Source: Corallochytrium limacisporum Hawaii (taxonomy: Eukaryota > Protista > Pluriformea). Taken from it: a stretch of 63,448 nucleotides of DNA. How positions within the stretch are numbered: the first letter of the stretch is position 1; the number at the start of each line of letters is the position of its first letter. This document shows positions 40,336 through 52,356 of this stretch, piece by piece. The notes under the pieces are model-generated. The model did not search any database and had not been told where the DNA came from. It saw nothing but the letters and a program-made list of their open reading frames with translations. A program made the translations under genes and the position numbers. The stretch is taken from assembly GCA_002811645.1 (NCBI GenBank), contig PDIP01000107.1, forward strand, positions 1 to 63,448, read 5' to 3'.

Positions 40336-42963
40336 TTAAAGAAGCCACTTGTCGTCGATCGGCTTAACACCCCAGATATCTTGGGCGTACTCCTTGATGG
40401 TGCGATCAGAGGAGAACTTGCCAGACGCGGCAATGTTCAGCAGGGCCTTGCGGGTCCAGGCCTTGGGGTCTCGGTATAACTCGCTGACCTGTTCCTGGCA
40501 GTCAATGTAGGCCTGGTAGTCGGCAAGCACGCAGAAGCGATCGCCGTGAACCAGCAGTGAGTCAATGATGTCCTGGAACATATGCGGCTCATCGGGGGAG
40601 AACTCGCCTTCGGCGATGGCATCGATGACACGCTTGAGGGTAGCGTTCTTCTCGTAGTACTGACGCGGCTTGTATCCCTCCGCTTTCAACTCATCCACCT
40701 CGGGTACGGTCATTCCAAAGATGAAAATGTTTTCGGGTCCCATCTCCTCACGCATCTCCACATTGGCGCCGTCCAGGGTACCGATGGTCAAGGCACCGTT
40801 GAGCTGGAATTTCATGTTGCCCGTACCGGATGCCTCAGTTCCGGCCAGGGAGATCTGCTCAGACAGGTCTGAAGCTGGCATGATCTTCTCGGCCAGGGTC
40901 ACACGGTAGTTTGGCAGGTACACGATCTTCATGTAGCGATTGACCACGGTATCGTTGTTTACCACTTCGGCCACAGAGTTGATCAGCTTGATGATCTTTT
41001 TTGCCATATGGTAACCGGGGGCCGCCTTGCCGCCGACCATGATGGTGCGGGGCACAAAGTCACCATTGGGATTGTCCCTGATGCGGAAGTACTGAGTGAT
41101 CATATGCAGGCAGTTGAGCAACTGGCGCTTGTACTCGTGAATGCGCTTGACCTGAATGTCAAACATGGACTGCGGATCAATGGTCACTCCGTAGTGGTCC
41201 TGGATATGCTCGGCAAACTTCTTCTTGTTTTCCATTTTGACACTGTAGAGCTCATTGAGGAAGGCGTCGTCCTTGATGAACTTCTTCAGCTTGGTGAGTT
41301 CGAAGAGGTTGGTTACCCAGCCCTCGCCAATCTTTTCCGTGATCAAGTTGCTCAGTCCCGGGTTGCACATCAGCAGCCAGCGGCGCGGTGTAATACCGTT
41401 GGTCTTGTTCTGGAACTTCTCTGGGGTCATTTCGTAGAAGTCCTTGAACAGGGAAGACTTAATAAGCTCGGAATGCAGCGCAGCCACACCGTTGACGGCG
41501 TGGGAACCCACGATGGCCAGGAAGGACATGTTGATCCGCTTACCACCCGTCTCTTCGATCAAGGACATCCGGCGCATGCGGTCCAAGTCGTTGGGCCAGA
41601 GCTTCAGAACTTCCTGCAGATGGCGGTGGTTAATCTCGTAGATGATCTCCAGATGGCGCGGCAACATGTTCTCAAACAACTCGACGGGCCAACGTTCCAG
41701 TGCCTCGGGTAGGATGGTGTGGTTGGTGTACGCACAGCAGGTGGTGGTGATCTCCCAGGCCACATCCCACTTGACATCTTCTTCGTCAAGTAGAACTCTC
41801 ATCAGCTCAGCCACAGCAATGGCTGGGTGAGTGTCGTTCAGTTGCATGGCGATCTTCTTGGGCATCATCTTGTAGTCGACCTTCTTGCCGTCCGGGAAGG
41901 TAGAGGCTTTGAAACGGCGCATCATGTCGTGCACAGAGGCAGCGCACAGGAAGTACTCCTGTTTCAGACGCAACTCCTTGCCCTCGAAGAAGTTATCGTT
42001 GGGATACAACACACGAGTAATGTTCTCAGCTAGGTTGCGATCAATAACGGCGCGGATGTAGTCACCGTGGTTGAAGTAGCCGAGATCGAAACTGTTTGGA
42101 GAGCGGGCGGACCACAGACGCAAGGTGTTCACGCTGGCCTCCTTGCCATAACCGGGCACAGGATAGTCGTAGGGAGTGGCGATGACAATCTGGCAGTCAT
42201 TCCAAACGCGATTCTTGTCCTCGTCGACATCCACCCGTCCGTAGAACTTGACCTCGTACTGATACTCAGGGCGGGCAATATCCCAAGGGTTGCCAAACTG
42301 CAGCCAATGATCCGGGGCCTCCACCTGCCAACCGTTCTTGATCAACTGGGTGAAGATGCCGTACTCGTAACGCAAACCGTACCCGTAGGCTGGCAGCTTC
42401 AGAGTGGCCATGGAGTCCAGGAAACAGGCCGCAAGGCGCCCCAAACCGCCGTTGCCGAGACCGGCGTCGGCCTCGTAATCCTGCAGCTCTTCCATTTCAA
42501 TGCCAAGCTGGAACAGTGCTTCTTCAAGCTCACCGGCAAGGCGCAGGTTCATGCAGGCGTTCTCCATGGCACGGCCCATGTAGAACTCCAGAGACAGATA
42601 GTACACGCGCTTGGGGTCCGCCTTGTAGTACTGTTGCTGCGTGCGGATCCAGCGGCTGATCATCTTGTCCCTGACAGTGTACGCCAGACTGAGGTAGTAG
42701 TCGCGATTTGTTGCGACGTTACGGTCCTTGGCCAGGGTGTAGTGCAGGTGGCGGTTAAATCCATTCTTGTACTCCTGGACGTCCTTGATCTCGGGGATGC
42801 CGCGCAGAGAGATCTGCTTGCGACCGAGACCAGGACGGGGAGCGACAGTGGATGCCGCCTGACGGGCGAGATCATCTTCGTGCAGCTCCTGCAGAGAGTC
42901 ACGGCGCTGAAGCTTTGCTTTCTGTTTCTTTTCTCCGTTCATGGCGGACTTTGCAGATGGCAT
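40336..42963 (-). CDS. PYG: Glycogen phosphorylase
   Basis: [51 protein letters not shown]-lysine motif [18 protein letters not shown]; strong C/G third-position codon bias. Confidence 0.99.
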   Translation of the reverse strand: MPSAKSAMNGEKKQKAKLQRRDSLQELHEDDLARQAASTVAPRPGLGRKQISLRGIPEIKDVQEYKNGFNRHLHYTLAKDRNVATNRDYYLSLAYTVRDKMISRWIRTQQQYYKADPKRVYYLSLEFYMGRAMENACMNLRLAGELEEALFQLGIEMEELQDYEADAGLGNGGLGRLAACFLDSMATLKLPAYGYGLRYEYGIFTQLIKNGWQVEAPDHWLQFGNPWDIARPEYQYEVKFYGRVDVDEDKNRVWNDCQIVIATPYDYPVPGYGKEASVNTLRLWSARSPNSFDLGYFNHGDYIRAVIDRNLAENITRVLYPNDNFFEGKELRLKQEYFLCAASVHDMMRRFKASTFPDGKKVDYKMMPKKIAMQLNDTHPAIAVAELMRVLLDEEDVKWDVAWEITTTCCAYTNHTILPEALERWPVELFENMLPRHLEIIYEINHRHLQEVLKLWPNDLDRMRRMSLIEETGGKRINMSFLAIVGSHAVNGVAALHSELIKSSLFKDFYEMTPEKFQNKTNGITPRRWLLMCNPGLSNLITEKIGEGWVTNLFELTKLKKFIKDDAFLNELYSVKMENKKKFAEHIQDHYGVTIDPQSMFDIQVKRIHEYKRQLLNCLHMITQYFRIRDNPNGDFVPRTIMVGGKAAPGYHMAKKIIKLINSVAEVVNNDTVVNRYMKIVYLPNYRVTLAEKIMPASDLSEQISLAGTEASGTGNMKFQLNGALTIGTLDGANVEMREEMGPENIFIFGMTVPEVDELKAEGYKPRQYYEKNATLKRVIDAIAEGEFSPDEPHMFQDIIDSLLVHGDRFCVLADYQAYIDCQEQVSELYRDPKAWTRKALLNIAASGKFSSDRTIKEYAQDIWGVKPIDDKWLL

Positions 42964-43565
42964 CTTCTTTCCCCAAAGGACTTCTCTTCACGGTCCCAAA
43001 CTCACCGAATTGGGAACTCCTATAGAAAAGAGTCTACTGGTGGGGTTCCAGATCAGCTGCCATCGTGGTCAGAAATCGCTTATCTTCTTATAGCTTGGAC
43101 AACACGCTTCACATTGTCCATCGGGACACAAAAACAGGCATCGATGACACGGCCCAAGCTACACAAAAGGTCGCAGGACCCAACCCAAATCACCAAATCC
43201 CACCAAAGCACACACACCCAACAGTCCCACTATGGAATACATACACACAGCAGAGCATGTCCAGTGGCTGATGATTGGTGCACAAATCCTAGTCGGTACG
43301 GACAACACAAACACCCCCGACTTTCAGTAGGTTTCGTATGGGGGAGGGGGCCTAGCAGAGAAATTAACAGCAAAAGATAAACAGAAGCAAACACCCCAAA
43401 CGAAGGGAGGGCAGAAGCAACGGGCAGGAAGGGGGGGGGGAGAGGGGGGAAGAACTGCGAGAGAGACCGGCCAGCGAAGGGGACCTTGAAAGGTGTGCTA
43501 GAAACTTCAAAGCAAAAGGAAGAAAAAAAACCGAAAAACAAACTACCCACCCGCCCGAGGGAGAG

Positions 43566-43568
<3 letters not shown>

Positions 43569-43601
<33 letters not shown>
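43569..43601. repeat. (GA)n microsatellite
   Basis: About 16 GA units upstream of glycogen phosphorylase. Confidence 0.9.
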
Positions 43602-43604
<3 letters not shown>

Positions 43605-45813
43605 GAACATCAGCATCACCCAGGCCGATGAGTAATAAATATTGAATGTGAGGTTTACGAGAAGGAATGAAGCAAAAACAAGAACGAAAAAAAAATAACA
43701 GTAATCAAACACCCACGGTTACCCTATAATGAGAGAAGAGAGATAGAAGAGGGTGAGCCAGACGGGAACAAGAACAAGGAGGGCACAAAGAGAACACGCA
43801 AGGATTTTCCTTTTTTACTGCCCCGGCGGATTGATTTGATCTCTGGCACCCCTCTCTCCCCTTCTCCCTCCTTTCTCACCTCCCTGCGGCCCGCCTCAGT
43901 ACAAGGGCAGCGGTGATGGTGGGGGACGGAACCGAAACAAACTAAAGTGATAAAATCGAGTCTCGCTTGAGACCCTCCTCCACCAACCGGGAGGCCGCTG
44001 GCTTTTTTTTTTGACCCCTCCCCCTTCCTTTGGCTGGCTTTGCTGTGCGCTTTGCCGCGGGCGATTGGGAGAAGCAGAGGGAGAGTCTCCCTGCTCTGTC
44101 CCCGGCTCACGGACTGCGATCGATTCTTTCCCCTTCCCCCCCCTCCCCCCCTTGCTTTTCCTTCTTTTTGCCACATTCTTTGGTGCTCGGTTGGCAGAAA
44201 AATAATGGGGCGGGGGGGGGAGAGAGGGAGGATATTGTAACGGTGTATTTTGTAAGGGAGCATAGAACAGCGACGGGCAGTAGCGGTGGTGTGGTGGTGG
44301 CAAATAAAACACCACACTCACCCTTTCTTGGGCGGGCGCCTGGTGGATTGCAATGTCAAAATAGTCAGTATATGTAATATCCCACCCACAGTTAATGAAA
44401 CTGGCCCCCTTGCCAGATGAAGTATCACAATCAGTATATTGAATACTGATGGATTGGGAAAGCCGGTACGTGCAGGGTGTTGTTGTTCGTTGAAAGTATC
44501 GAGCACGGAAGACAAGACCGCAGCTTTTGACACCTCCGGGTTCCCTTTTTTCTTCCCGTCCATCCAGTAAAACTGGGCCCTGCTTCTTTAATCCGCAGCG
44601 CTCCCGCCCAAAGTTTTCTCCCCCATCCCCCTACTTCCACCGCGCCAGTCAATGGAGAACTAAAAAGACACAACAGGCCCCCGGGGGGCGGGGGTGTCAA
44701 TAGGGCCGAGCCGGAGGAAAAATTCCAACAAACCTCAGTGGCAGAGAGACAGCAAGGCCCGGCACCAGCGGAAGGCAATGGGGGTCCATTTTTCCTCCGG
44801 GCCACACGAAACAAGAACAGGCACCCCCCTTAAAAGCCTTCCCCTTTTCTTCTCTATTCTCTCACTTCGCCATACCGAGATCACCGAGGACGATCCTTGG
44901 AATACATTTGAGATGAATCAAACGCCTTTGATTCATAAATTAGGCGGGGGGATGGTTGGTTGGTTGGTTGGGTGAAGGTTGGGAGGGAGCGGAGCTGCGA
45001 GCGGGGATGGCGCCCTCCCCTCCGGCGCAACTCTCGCCTCGGGCACACACCGCCTCCCGACTTTCCGGTCTGGTAGTCTTTTAAGGGGGTCCCTCTGCGG
45101 GTTGATTTAGACAGGGAAGAGGGAAGGGAGGCGGGGCGCGACTTGGCCTCCTCGCTCACTCGGCGGCCACTTATCTCCGCTGTTGCTCCGTACGGACGGA
45201 GAGTGGGGAAGCCTGGAATGCCTTTTGGGAGGCCTACCAAGGCGCACTAAGGGAGAAGGGAAAAAAAATTAAGGAGCGAACGGGAAGAGGAATGACCGGG
45301 AGAACAGGGAGACGGAGCGAAGAAACGCTGGTTTCACTATGGAAATCGTACGCTCGAAATGAAAGGGGCCGGGTCCCTCGGTGAGGGGCGCCCCGCTTGG
45401 TTTCTTGGTGCTATGGTACAGTGGCTAGAGGTTTGCTTGGATTGCTGGCCTGGCTGTTTTTGCTCAGTAGGCATGTAACATGCCTTGCCTGTGTTTTGAT
45501 ATCTGTCACCCCATTGTGGATCGAACATATGGTACATGAAAGCTAAAAGAATGACGAAGTTTTGGGTTGGCAAGGGCAACATTTTTAAAATGAGTGAAGG
45601 GTGACCAATCTCTTTGACGAGCAGTAAAGAATCTTCACTGTGGTGTACGAGGAGATTGTAACCAGCTATTGAAAACGTTCCCGAGACATGTACATATGCA
45701 TATAGAGTAACCTAGGGCATAGAAAGCTATTGTTGGAATTGAGGCCATCATGTAGCTTTATCAATGTTTATGAATTGGTAGGTTTCGTCATAAAAGTAGC
45801 AGCAAGCGTTTGA

Positions 45814-48800
45814 ATGTCGTCACAAGGGACACTGGGCACTGACCCGAAACAGGGCGTGCCGACTCCAATCCATAATGCCTCCAATGGGGAGTCCGACACG
45901 TACATCAGCAGGTCCGTAGAGGACAAGGACGCCAGTAAGTATCAAAACCGGTCATTAGTGGATATTAGCAATGAGGAATTGTCAGAAAACAAACTGGGGT
46001 CCGTAGACTTTGCCGAAGTCGCCAATAGTCGGGAAAGAATGGCCACAGCCAGTGCGTCGTCGCCAATTTTGAACACAGAGATGCAGAAAGATTTGCGAAC
46101 CAGGGCCGGATCTTCCGGCTCTGTGCAGCAGGTGGCTGCGGTGTACGAAGTCTCTCCCTTGGCAACCAACGCCAATGATGACGCAAAGAAATCAGAGTCA
46201 GCGATAGCAGCTGAAGCTGAAGCTGTGGTGGTGAAGACCACAGTCTCACCGCGCACCACCACTGCAGTACCTCCAATAGTAACCACTGTCTTACGAGCAA
46301 CAGATCCGTCGTCGGAGGACGTTTCTACCAAAAAGGACGAAGCTCGTCGTCCTCCAAAGGCAGTCTTCAAGTCCGCAAGTGACATCGGCATCAGCACTCC
46401 TTCCCTTTTTGGCGGTTCACAGCGGTCTGAGAAGAGTTCAAAAAGCGACATTTCCAAGGTACCTGCGGAAGGTGGTGGTCGAAGACGTGCGCATACAGTC
46501 GCTCAGCGCAGTGTTCAATTTGCTGGTGGTTTGGATGCTAATTCGAATCCCAGCGAAGTCATCACCCCCCGCTCATACGTTAGCAGTGTCTTGACTCGTT
46601 CGGGTATGGGTAATGAATTTCCGCAGGGCTCCTCGATGTCTATTCACGGCGAAACAGTTGCAGAACAGACGTTCAGGCGTTTACGGTCGAAATCCGAGGT
46701 AACACGCAACCAAGGATTTATGCTACAGCAGATGCAGATGAAGGCCGCACAGTCAACAGACGACCTGTCAACTACGGATTTCTTCCACCTCATCGATAAG
46801 TCATTCCAAGAATGCCTTGATCCAGAAAGTCTTGACGCCGCTGGCGGCAGTCGAGACCAGATTTTGGATGTGTTGAACAATGCAGTAAACCTACTGAAAC
46901 GCACTCACATAAAAGTGAAAGGAGATCAGTTGAGCGAGGAGTCATTGGACAATCTGGTTGAAACTTGTTGCCGGGGACCTTCGGAGGTGCGAGCGGCTGT
47001 CTTTCGGGTGTGTCGATACGTCATGGCTGATGATCGAGCTTGCGAGAGATTCATCGACAAGAAGATGCACATATTCTTTACTCAGGGTATGTGTAGAAGC
47101 CAACCAGAAGATTTGGAAAGAAGCCATGCGTTACGGGCAGTACGTCAGATGCTTGTGGTCAGCCCCAATCGTATCCCTCGGTCTGTGATTGCCGCATTGG
47201 TTACAATCAGTGAGCATCACGATGAAAAATTGCGGCACATTGCGCTGCAGACCTTGGCTGAATGTGCCGTCAAGAATGTAGATGTCGTGGCGATGGGTGG
47301 TGGTATCAGGGTCCTTGTAAAGGCTTTGAGTACTTCAACAACACCGCAGCTATCCCATGCTCTGAGCATCATTCTCGCCAGCATTATGACCTACCCATCG
47401 ACGCGAAAGTATCTAAGTAATGGAGTAGATCTGTGGTCACTACTCAGCGTGTACACTGATACGTACGTTATGGAAAGCAAACAGAAACTGGACAATGCCC
47501 TCCCGAATCCGCGTGCCCCACCGGGCGGTGATACTGAGCAAGATCACGCTGACGATGAGCGGTACATTAGCAGTCAATACGCTATCGTCGCCATGTGCCG
47601 CTACTGGCCTGGTCTTCTTGCCCTCTGCTCGTCGACATACGCAATGAAGAGTGTTGTTGACATTTTGAGGATGCCAAGGGATGAAATGCGATCAGCAGTG
47701 ATTGATATGTTGTTCGAGCTGTTTCAGGTGAGTCAGGTTGACGAGACTCTGGTCTGGCGACACGGTGAAGCTGGCGACTCTGACCAGACGCTTGGGCAGC
47801 AGCAACGGGCCGGCATCAAGAACCGGCAAGGTGCCGCTGGATTCGGGCCCATTGACGACGGTGTGGTGAGCAACGTTGCTGCCAGTGGTGCCATGTTGCG
47901 CTATGATGTTATTGACGGCTATGTTGCAATCCTCCTGCAGTACTTTGCTGAAATCGGAATGTTTGACGCGCTTGCTGAGGTCATTAGCTGCAACAACACT
48001 GCCCTTGGTGAACGTGCCTTGCTGCTTTGCCGCAGGCTGCTGCAGTTGGCGACCTTTGTGTTGCCTGCCTCCGTCAACATGAAGCTGCAAACGATGCCCC
48101 GCCTTGTGACCATCGCAGCGAGCGCAGATGCCAACATTTACAAGCGCAGCAGAGCCAATGTTGCAGTGGGCTTGCTCGATCGCATAGAGCAGCAAGTTAA
48201 GTTTACCAACACGGGCAACGTGCCAGGTGGAGGGCGTCGCAGTGTGGGCGAGAATAAGCCCCACCGGGCTGAAGGTTCCATTGTCAACCTAGGTAGGGGC
48301 TCAGTGCGTCGAGAGATTTCGGTAGACGCTGCAGGTTTGGAACGACACCTGGCGCTCTCCAAGCATACAACGAATGAGGCCGTTGACCTGCTCAGCGAAA
48401 ACATGGATGACTCTTATTTCCAACTTTTGCTTAAGGAGAGCGGTCTCCTAAACAAAGAACTGCTTCCCCCCTTGTGGAACTGGGAGCTGATTCACGACAT
48501 GATCATTGGGCCCATGCGAAACGTACGGCGATTCGAGGATGCAACGGTACAAAGATGCCTTCGTAAACTAGTCGCCTTCTTCAAACCCATCGGTGGCTAC
48601 CTGGCGGACTCCAAGACCGATCCCAATAACATTTACTTTAAGACCGGCATTGCATTGATTGATCTCTTTGTTTCCAGGCCCCATCCAGCAGTTGATCACG
48701 CGGACGAGACCGGTCACATGGACGTAGGTGAGGATAAGCACTCTCACGGTTACCGTGAGCGGTTCCTAAATGTTTCTGGACATCATAAACACCGTCAGGA

Positions 48801-51393
48801 CTCAGAAGGGGATATTCCAGTGGCACAAAGCATCTCCCACGAGTCGAATCTGGGCGGCGTGGCATCCTTTAGCGCTGCAAATCTTACCACCGCTGCCAAG
48901 AGTAGTATGTTCATGGAATGGATGAACGAGCTACGGAGCATGTTGGAGGACTTCCATCCTGCGATTCGGAGTGGGGGATCTGGTCAGGAGCGCACAATTC
49001 CTGAACACCAGCATGTCCTGGACCCAACAGTGATGGCAAGCTCGCTGTCGGTCTATCATTTGTGGTTCCTGGGTCGCCTTACGCACCACGAACCGGGACG
49101 TGTGATCTGCCACAAATTGCGTTTCTGGAGCGCCTGGTACATTTTCTTTAGTGATCTGGCTTATCAGCGGGAGGACCTGATCCAAACCCTGTTGGAGTCA
49201 TTCTCGTACGCGGAACGGGCTGGCCACACGCGCATCCTGCTTGGACGGATCGCGGCCGGTGGACCCAAGCCGCTCAGGCTTTGGCTGGCGGGTTACATGA
49301 GCGATCTCTACGGCTACGCCTTGTACGGTACCCCCAACGCCGGTGGCGTGAGTGGAGACCTCGCGGAGCCGCAGGAATTTATTGAATGGTTCCTAGGAGC
49401 AGTGGAAGCTCAGCTCTACGACGCTGACACGGACATTGCGCACACCGCACTCGATTTGCTTGACATTCTCAGCGATGAGGAGGAAGTCATGGAAATGTTG
49501 GTACAACGTCGTCCCGCCGTGGTGCACATGGGAGGTCCCGGCCTTGACCTCCTGCACCGCATTATGCGTCACCCCGTCGGGTTCCGATGGCTCCTGGATG
49601 TGGGTCACGTTGAGGAACAACTTGCGCATTGGACTCCATGCGCGGCCAAGGCTGCCGCAGGCGATCTTGCCAATCCGATTCACATTGCTGAAAACAAGGA
49701 AGACTTGCGTCAGAGCATGAACAACAACACAGAGCCTCATAGCTCGGTCAGCGACCTACCCAAGGACGCCTTGCGTAGCACCGCTGACTCTGCGAGCACG
49801 TTGGGCAGGGCCACTCCGAGAGGATTGGCCTTCGCTGCCAATCGGCATCTCCCCCCTATTCAAATTGGAGAGTACGGTCGAAAATGGGTTCGGTCTCTTG
49901 AAGAACGGATCGACGAGAGCTTGACCTCTTCGCTGCGGGCCGGCAGCAGCAGCAGTATCGTCACCGGAAGGGCTGGCAACGGCTACGCAAATAATGGCCG
50001 CCCAGGTCAGATCTTCTCCCAGTCCTCGTCTGTGGCTGTCACGCTCAATCCTCGCCCCCCTCAGCGTCGCGGCACCGTTGGTGCTCGTGCAAACCGTCGC
50101 ATAGGCCGTGTAGGCTCCCACCGTGGGCGGACAGCCGGCGCCGCCCTGCGCCGGACCGTGGCTAACCCTACCGGCGGCCGTGTTACTACCGAGGGCGAAC
50201 AAATCGTCTCCGCGCAATCCCTGTCCAACTTTGGATCCGGTGGGGTCGGTAGTGTACACGGACTGCACGGCATCCCTACGGCGGGTATGCTCACGCAATT
50301 CTCGGCAGTGGACCTGCCGCCGCATTTCATGGGTTCGTTGGCCGCCACAGCGGAAGGCCGGGAGATTCTCAAGCGAGAAGGCAGTGTTCTGAAGACCTTC
50401 CGCGACCTTAGGCATATAACCATCGAAGCGTTACAGAAGCAAGACTATCAGGCGGGTACTGGTGGTGCCCACGGGACGAACCCTGACGACGGCCCTCCTC
50501 CGTTGCCGTGGCCATCGGAAATGACCGACTCCAGCTTCCAACCACTTGCACTGAAAGCACAAATCTGGACCCTGGCGCAAGTTGGCTCCGAGTACGATGG
50601 CCAGGAGGTGCTCGGCGCGCAGGGCTCTCTTAGCGACGTTGTGCGTATCATGGTTCTTCTCGCATCTCGAGCACCGTTGATCTCCGTGCGGGGTACAGCG
50701 TACTTTGCGCTCGGATGCCTCGGTCGCAATCCGCGCTGCCAACCCTTGTTGGAGCGGCACGGATGGCACTGTGTCATTGACGCGCGTGGAGTGTACCAAG
50801 GTATTTGCGTGCCGGATAAGGCCGGCAACTTCCTAAGGCTGCAAAGCTATGTTCCGGATAGTCTGGACAGTGACCGCACAGGCACCCGAAGTAATCTTCC
50901 CGACTCTCGCAAGGGCCGGTGGATAGAGCTCAGTGCGCTTACCCTCCAAGACCCGACCGAGGACATCAAGGAGAATCACGGGGATAGCCGCAACGAACCG
51001 GATGGAAGCGATTGCAAAAAGGATCCGCCTGAACCATCCACGACCAGAGCCACTGAAATGACCTGGCCTGTCTGCGCACCGGACCTCCCAGAAGAACTCA
51101 AAGGATATGTTCAGACAGAACCAGGCATTGCGGATCTGTCCAAGCACATGGGCCAGCTGAGCTACGAAGTCCTGTCTGACATTGCGAAACGGGGCCTGCG
51201 AAAGCTCCAGGAGCGTCACCCTGCGATTTTTAGTGATCCGCGGGCGTATGCAGTGGTGTGGCATGACCTCAATGTCTACACGTTCAAACTCGATAATCGC
51301 CGTTTTATCGAGGAGATGTTTACTGGACTGCAGATTCGGCCGGAACATCTAAAGTGGCTGCAGGATGTGAATGGGGCTGGTGTACTTGTTTAA
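45814..51393 (+). CDS. RICTOR: TORC2 subunit RICTOR/AVO3
   Basis: ARM-like RICTOR_N (EVRAAVFR..RY, ERSHALR.VR, LQTLAE, YW.GLL), WNWELI, FFKP, QLYD, LPPHFMG.LA.T.EG, LKA.IW.LA.VGS, SVRGTAYFALG. Confidence 0.93.
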   Translation: MSSQGTLGTDPKQGVPTPIHNASNGESDTYISRSVEDKDASKYQNRSLVDISNEELSENKLGSVDFAEVANSRERMATASASSPILNTEMQKDLRTRAGSSGSVQQVAAVYEVSPLATNANDDAKKSESAIAAEAEAVVVKTTVSPRTTTAVPPIVTTVLRATDPSSEDVSTKKDEARRPPKAVFKSASDIGISTPSLFGGSQRSEKSSKSDISKVPAEGGGRRRAHTVAQRSVQFAGGLDANSNPSEVITPRSYVSSVLTRSGMGNEFPQGSSMSIHGETVAEQTFRRLRSKSEVTRNQGFMLQQMQMKAAQSTDDLSTTDFFHLIDKSFQECLDPESLDAAGGSRDQILDVLNNAVNLLKRTHIKVKGDQLSEESLDNLVETCCRGPSEVRAAVFRVCRYVMADDRACERFIDKKMHIFFTQGMCRSQPEDLERSHALRAVRQMLVVSPNRIPRSVIAALVTISEHHDEKLRHIALQTLAECAVKNVDVVAMGGGIRVLVKALSTSTTPQLSHALSIILASIMTYPSTRKYLSNGVDLWSLLSVYTDTYVMESKQKLDNALPNPRAPPGGDTEQDHADDERYISSQYAIVAMCRYWPGLLALCSSTYAMKSVVDILRMPRDEMRSAVIDMLFELFQVSQVDETLVWRHGEAGDSDQTLGQQQRAGIKNRQGAAGFGPIDDGVVSNVAASGAMLRYDVIDGYVAILLQYFAEIGMFDALAEVISCNNTALGERALLLCRRLLQLATFVLPASVNMKLQTMPRLVTIAASADANIYKRSRANVAVGLLDRIEQQVKFTNTGNVPGGGRRSVGENKPHRAEGSIVNLGRGSVRREISVDAAGLERHLALSKHTTNEAVDLLSENMDDSYFQLLLKESGLLNKELLPPLWNWELIHDMIIGPMRNVRRFEDATVQRCLRKLVAFFKPIGGYLADSKTDPNNIYFKTGIALIDLFVSRPHPAVDHADETGHMDVGEDKHSHGYRERFLNVSGHHKHRQDSEGDIPVAQSISHESNLGGVASFSAANLTTAAKSSMFMEWMNELRSMLEDFHPAIRSGGSGQERTIPEHQHVLDPTVMASSLSVYHLWFLGRLTHHEPGRVICHKLRFWSAWYIFFSDLAYQREDLIQTLLESFSYAERAGHTRILLGRIAAGGPKPLRLWLAGYMSDLYGYALYGTPNAGGVSGDLAEPQEFIEWFLGAVEAQLYDADTDIAHTALDLLDILSDEEEVMEMLVQRRPAVVHMGGPGLDLLHRIMRHPVGFRWLLDVGHVEEQLAHWTPCAAKAAAGDLANPIHIAENKEDLRQSMNNNTEPHSSVSDLPKDALRSTADSASTLGRATPRGLAFAANRHLPPIQIGEYGRKWVRSLEERIDESLTSSLRAGSSSSIVTGRAGNGYANNGRPGQIFSQSSSVAVTLNPRPPQRRGTVGARANRRIGRVGSHRGRTAGAALRRTVANPTGGRVTTEGEQIVSAQSLSNFGSGGVGSVHGLHGIPTAGMLTQFSAVDLPPHFMGSLAATAEGREILKREGSVLKTFRDLRHITIEALQKQDYQAGTGGAHGTNPDDGPPPLPWPSEMTDSSFQPLALKAQIWTLAQVGSEYDGQEVLGAQGSLSDVVRIMVLLASRAPLISVRGTAYFALGCLGRNPRCQPLLERHGWHCVIDARGVYQGICVPDKAGNFLRLQSYVPDSLDSDRTGTRSNLPDSRKGRWIELSALTLQDPTEDIKENHGDSRNEPDGSDCKKDPPEPSTTRATEMTWPVCAPDLPEELKGYVQTEPGIADLSKHMGQLSYEVLSDIAKRGLRKLQERHPAIFSDPRAYAVVWHDLNVYTFKLDNRRFIEEMFTGLQIRPEHLKWLQDVNGAGVLV

Positions 51394-51564
51394 ATAAGCT
51401 TGGAGTTCCTTAAGGCTATAAACTTGGATAATATTTTACTCTGACTTCAAGTATATTGGTTTATGAGAAGGTCATTCCTGCCTCGTGGGCAACTCTTCCG
51501 AGATGAATGTGGATGCTGGTTCACATAGGCGCAAATGCGTTCGGTGTGTCGATCAGCAGTTTCC

Positions 51565-52356
51565 TTAACTCTGTCCCTGAGATCCCACGGTCTGATTCCT
51601 TTGCAATTCGTCAGTGCGCCGCAATGCAGCCCGCTGCAGGTCCTCGACGTTGTGATCAAATACGTCCCGCATGAATTCTTCTCGGATCTCACAGTGTAGG
51701 ACATCGCTGCTCAGTTCATAGTCACGCCACAGGCCGTACTCGTGCCGGTGCGGGAGCGTGGAGATCATATCGATACTGCTCTGGCGTGCGCCTTCAAATT
51801 TTCCGTTCGTAACCCCATTCCTCGGTATGGCTGCCTTGGACTGTTTGTCGATGGGATCGATTTCGTTGTCATTGGTACCACTGCGAACATTCATGGTGAT
51901 AGGTGAACCTGATCCATTGGACTCGGTTCCGCTGTCTCCATTATGGTTGGGGTAATTGTTCATCTGCTGCTGCTTGTCCCGGAGATAGTGCCCATGGTCT
52001 ATCAGCTTGAATCGTGGCTGGATTTCCAACCGTTGGTATAACTGTGCGATCCCGATCGCACCGGAGTCAAGCAGTTCCGCTGTTTCGTTGTGAAGGTGCT
52101 TCTCGTCTCGGATCTTCACGAACGAAGTCGCGCGGCATAGTACGATACCTCCTGCGCTGAGAACGACAACTCTCCGCCACATGTTGTCAGACATTCGTTC
52201 ACCTTCTACAATTTCCACTTGCACGGGGCAGTTGTAGTACGAGCTGAAAATCCGCTGTAGATACCCATTTGCGGTCAGACAGATGCGTTCTGCTGGAGTG
52301 TAAGGCACGGCTCCCACCGGCTGTTTTATGCTAATATCTGTTGTGCGAAGGGCCAT
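51565..52356 (-). CDS. Conserved hypothetical protein, chorismate-lyase/UTRA-like fold (UbiC/DUF98-like)
   Basis: ERICLTANG.LQRI.S.YYN.PV.VEI, RRVVVL....VLC.ATS, GIAQL, LWRDYEL......CEI.EEF pattern, with an Asn/Ser-rich insertion. Confidence 0.65.
   Translation of the reverse strand: MALRTTDISIKQPVGAVPYTPAERICLTANGYLQRIFSSYYNCPVQVEIVEGERMSDNMWRRVVVLSAGGIVLCRATSFVKIRDEKHLHNETAELLDSGAIGIAQLYQRLEIQPRFKLIDHGHYLRDKQQQMNNYPNHNGDSGTESNGSGSPITMNVRSGTNDNEIDPIDKQSKAAIPRNGVTNGKFEGARQSSIDMISTLPHRHEYGLWRDYELSSDVLHCEIREEFMRDVFDHNVEDLQRAALRRTDELQRNQTVGSQGQS

Noticed and set aside
42067-43380. 437-aa + strand ORF, and 41008-41712, antisense to glycogen phosphorylase
   Set aside because: Expected shadow ORFs of a strongly codon-biased gene; no recognisable protein features.
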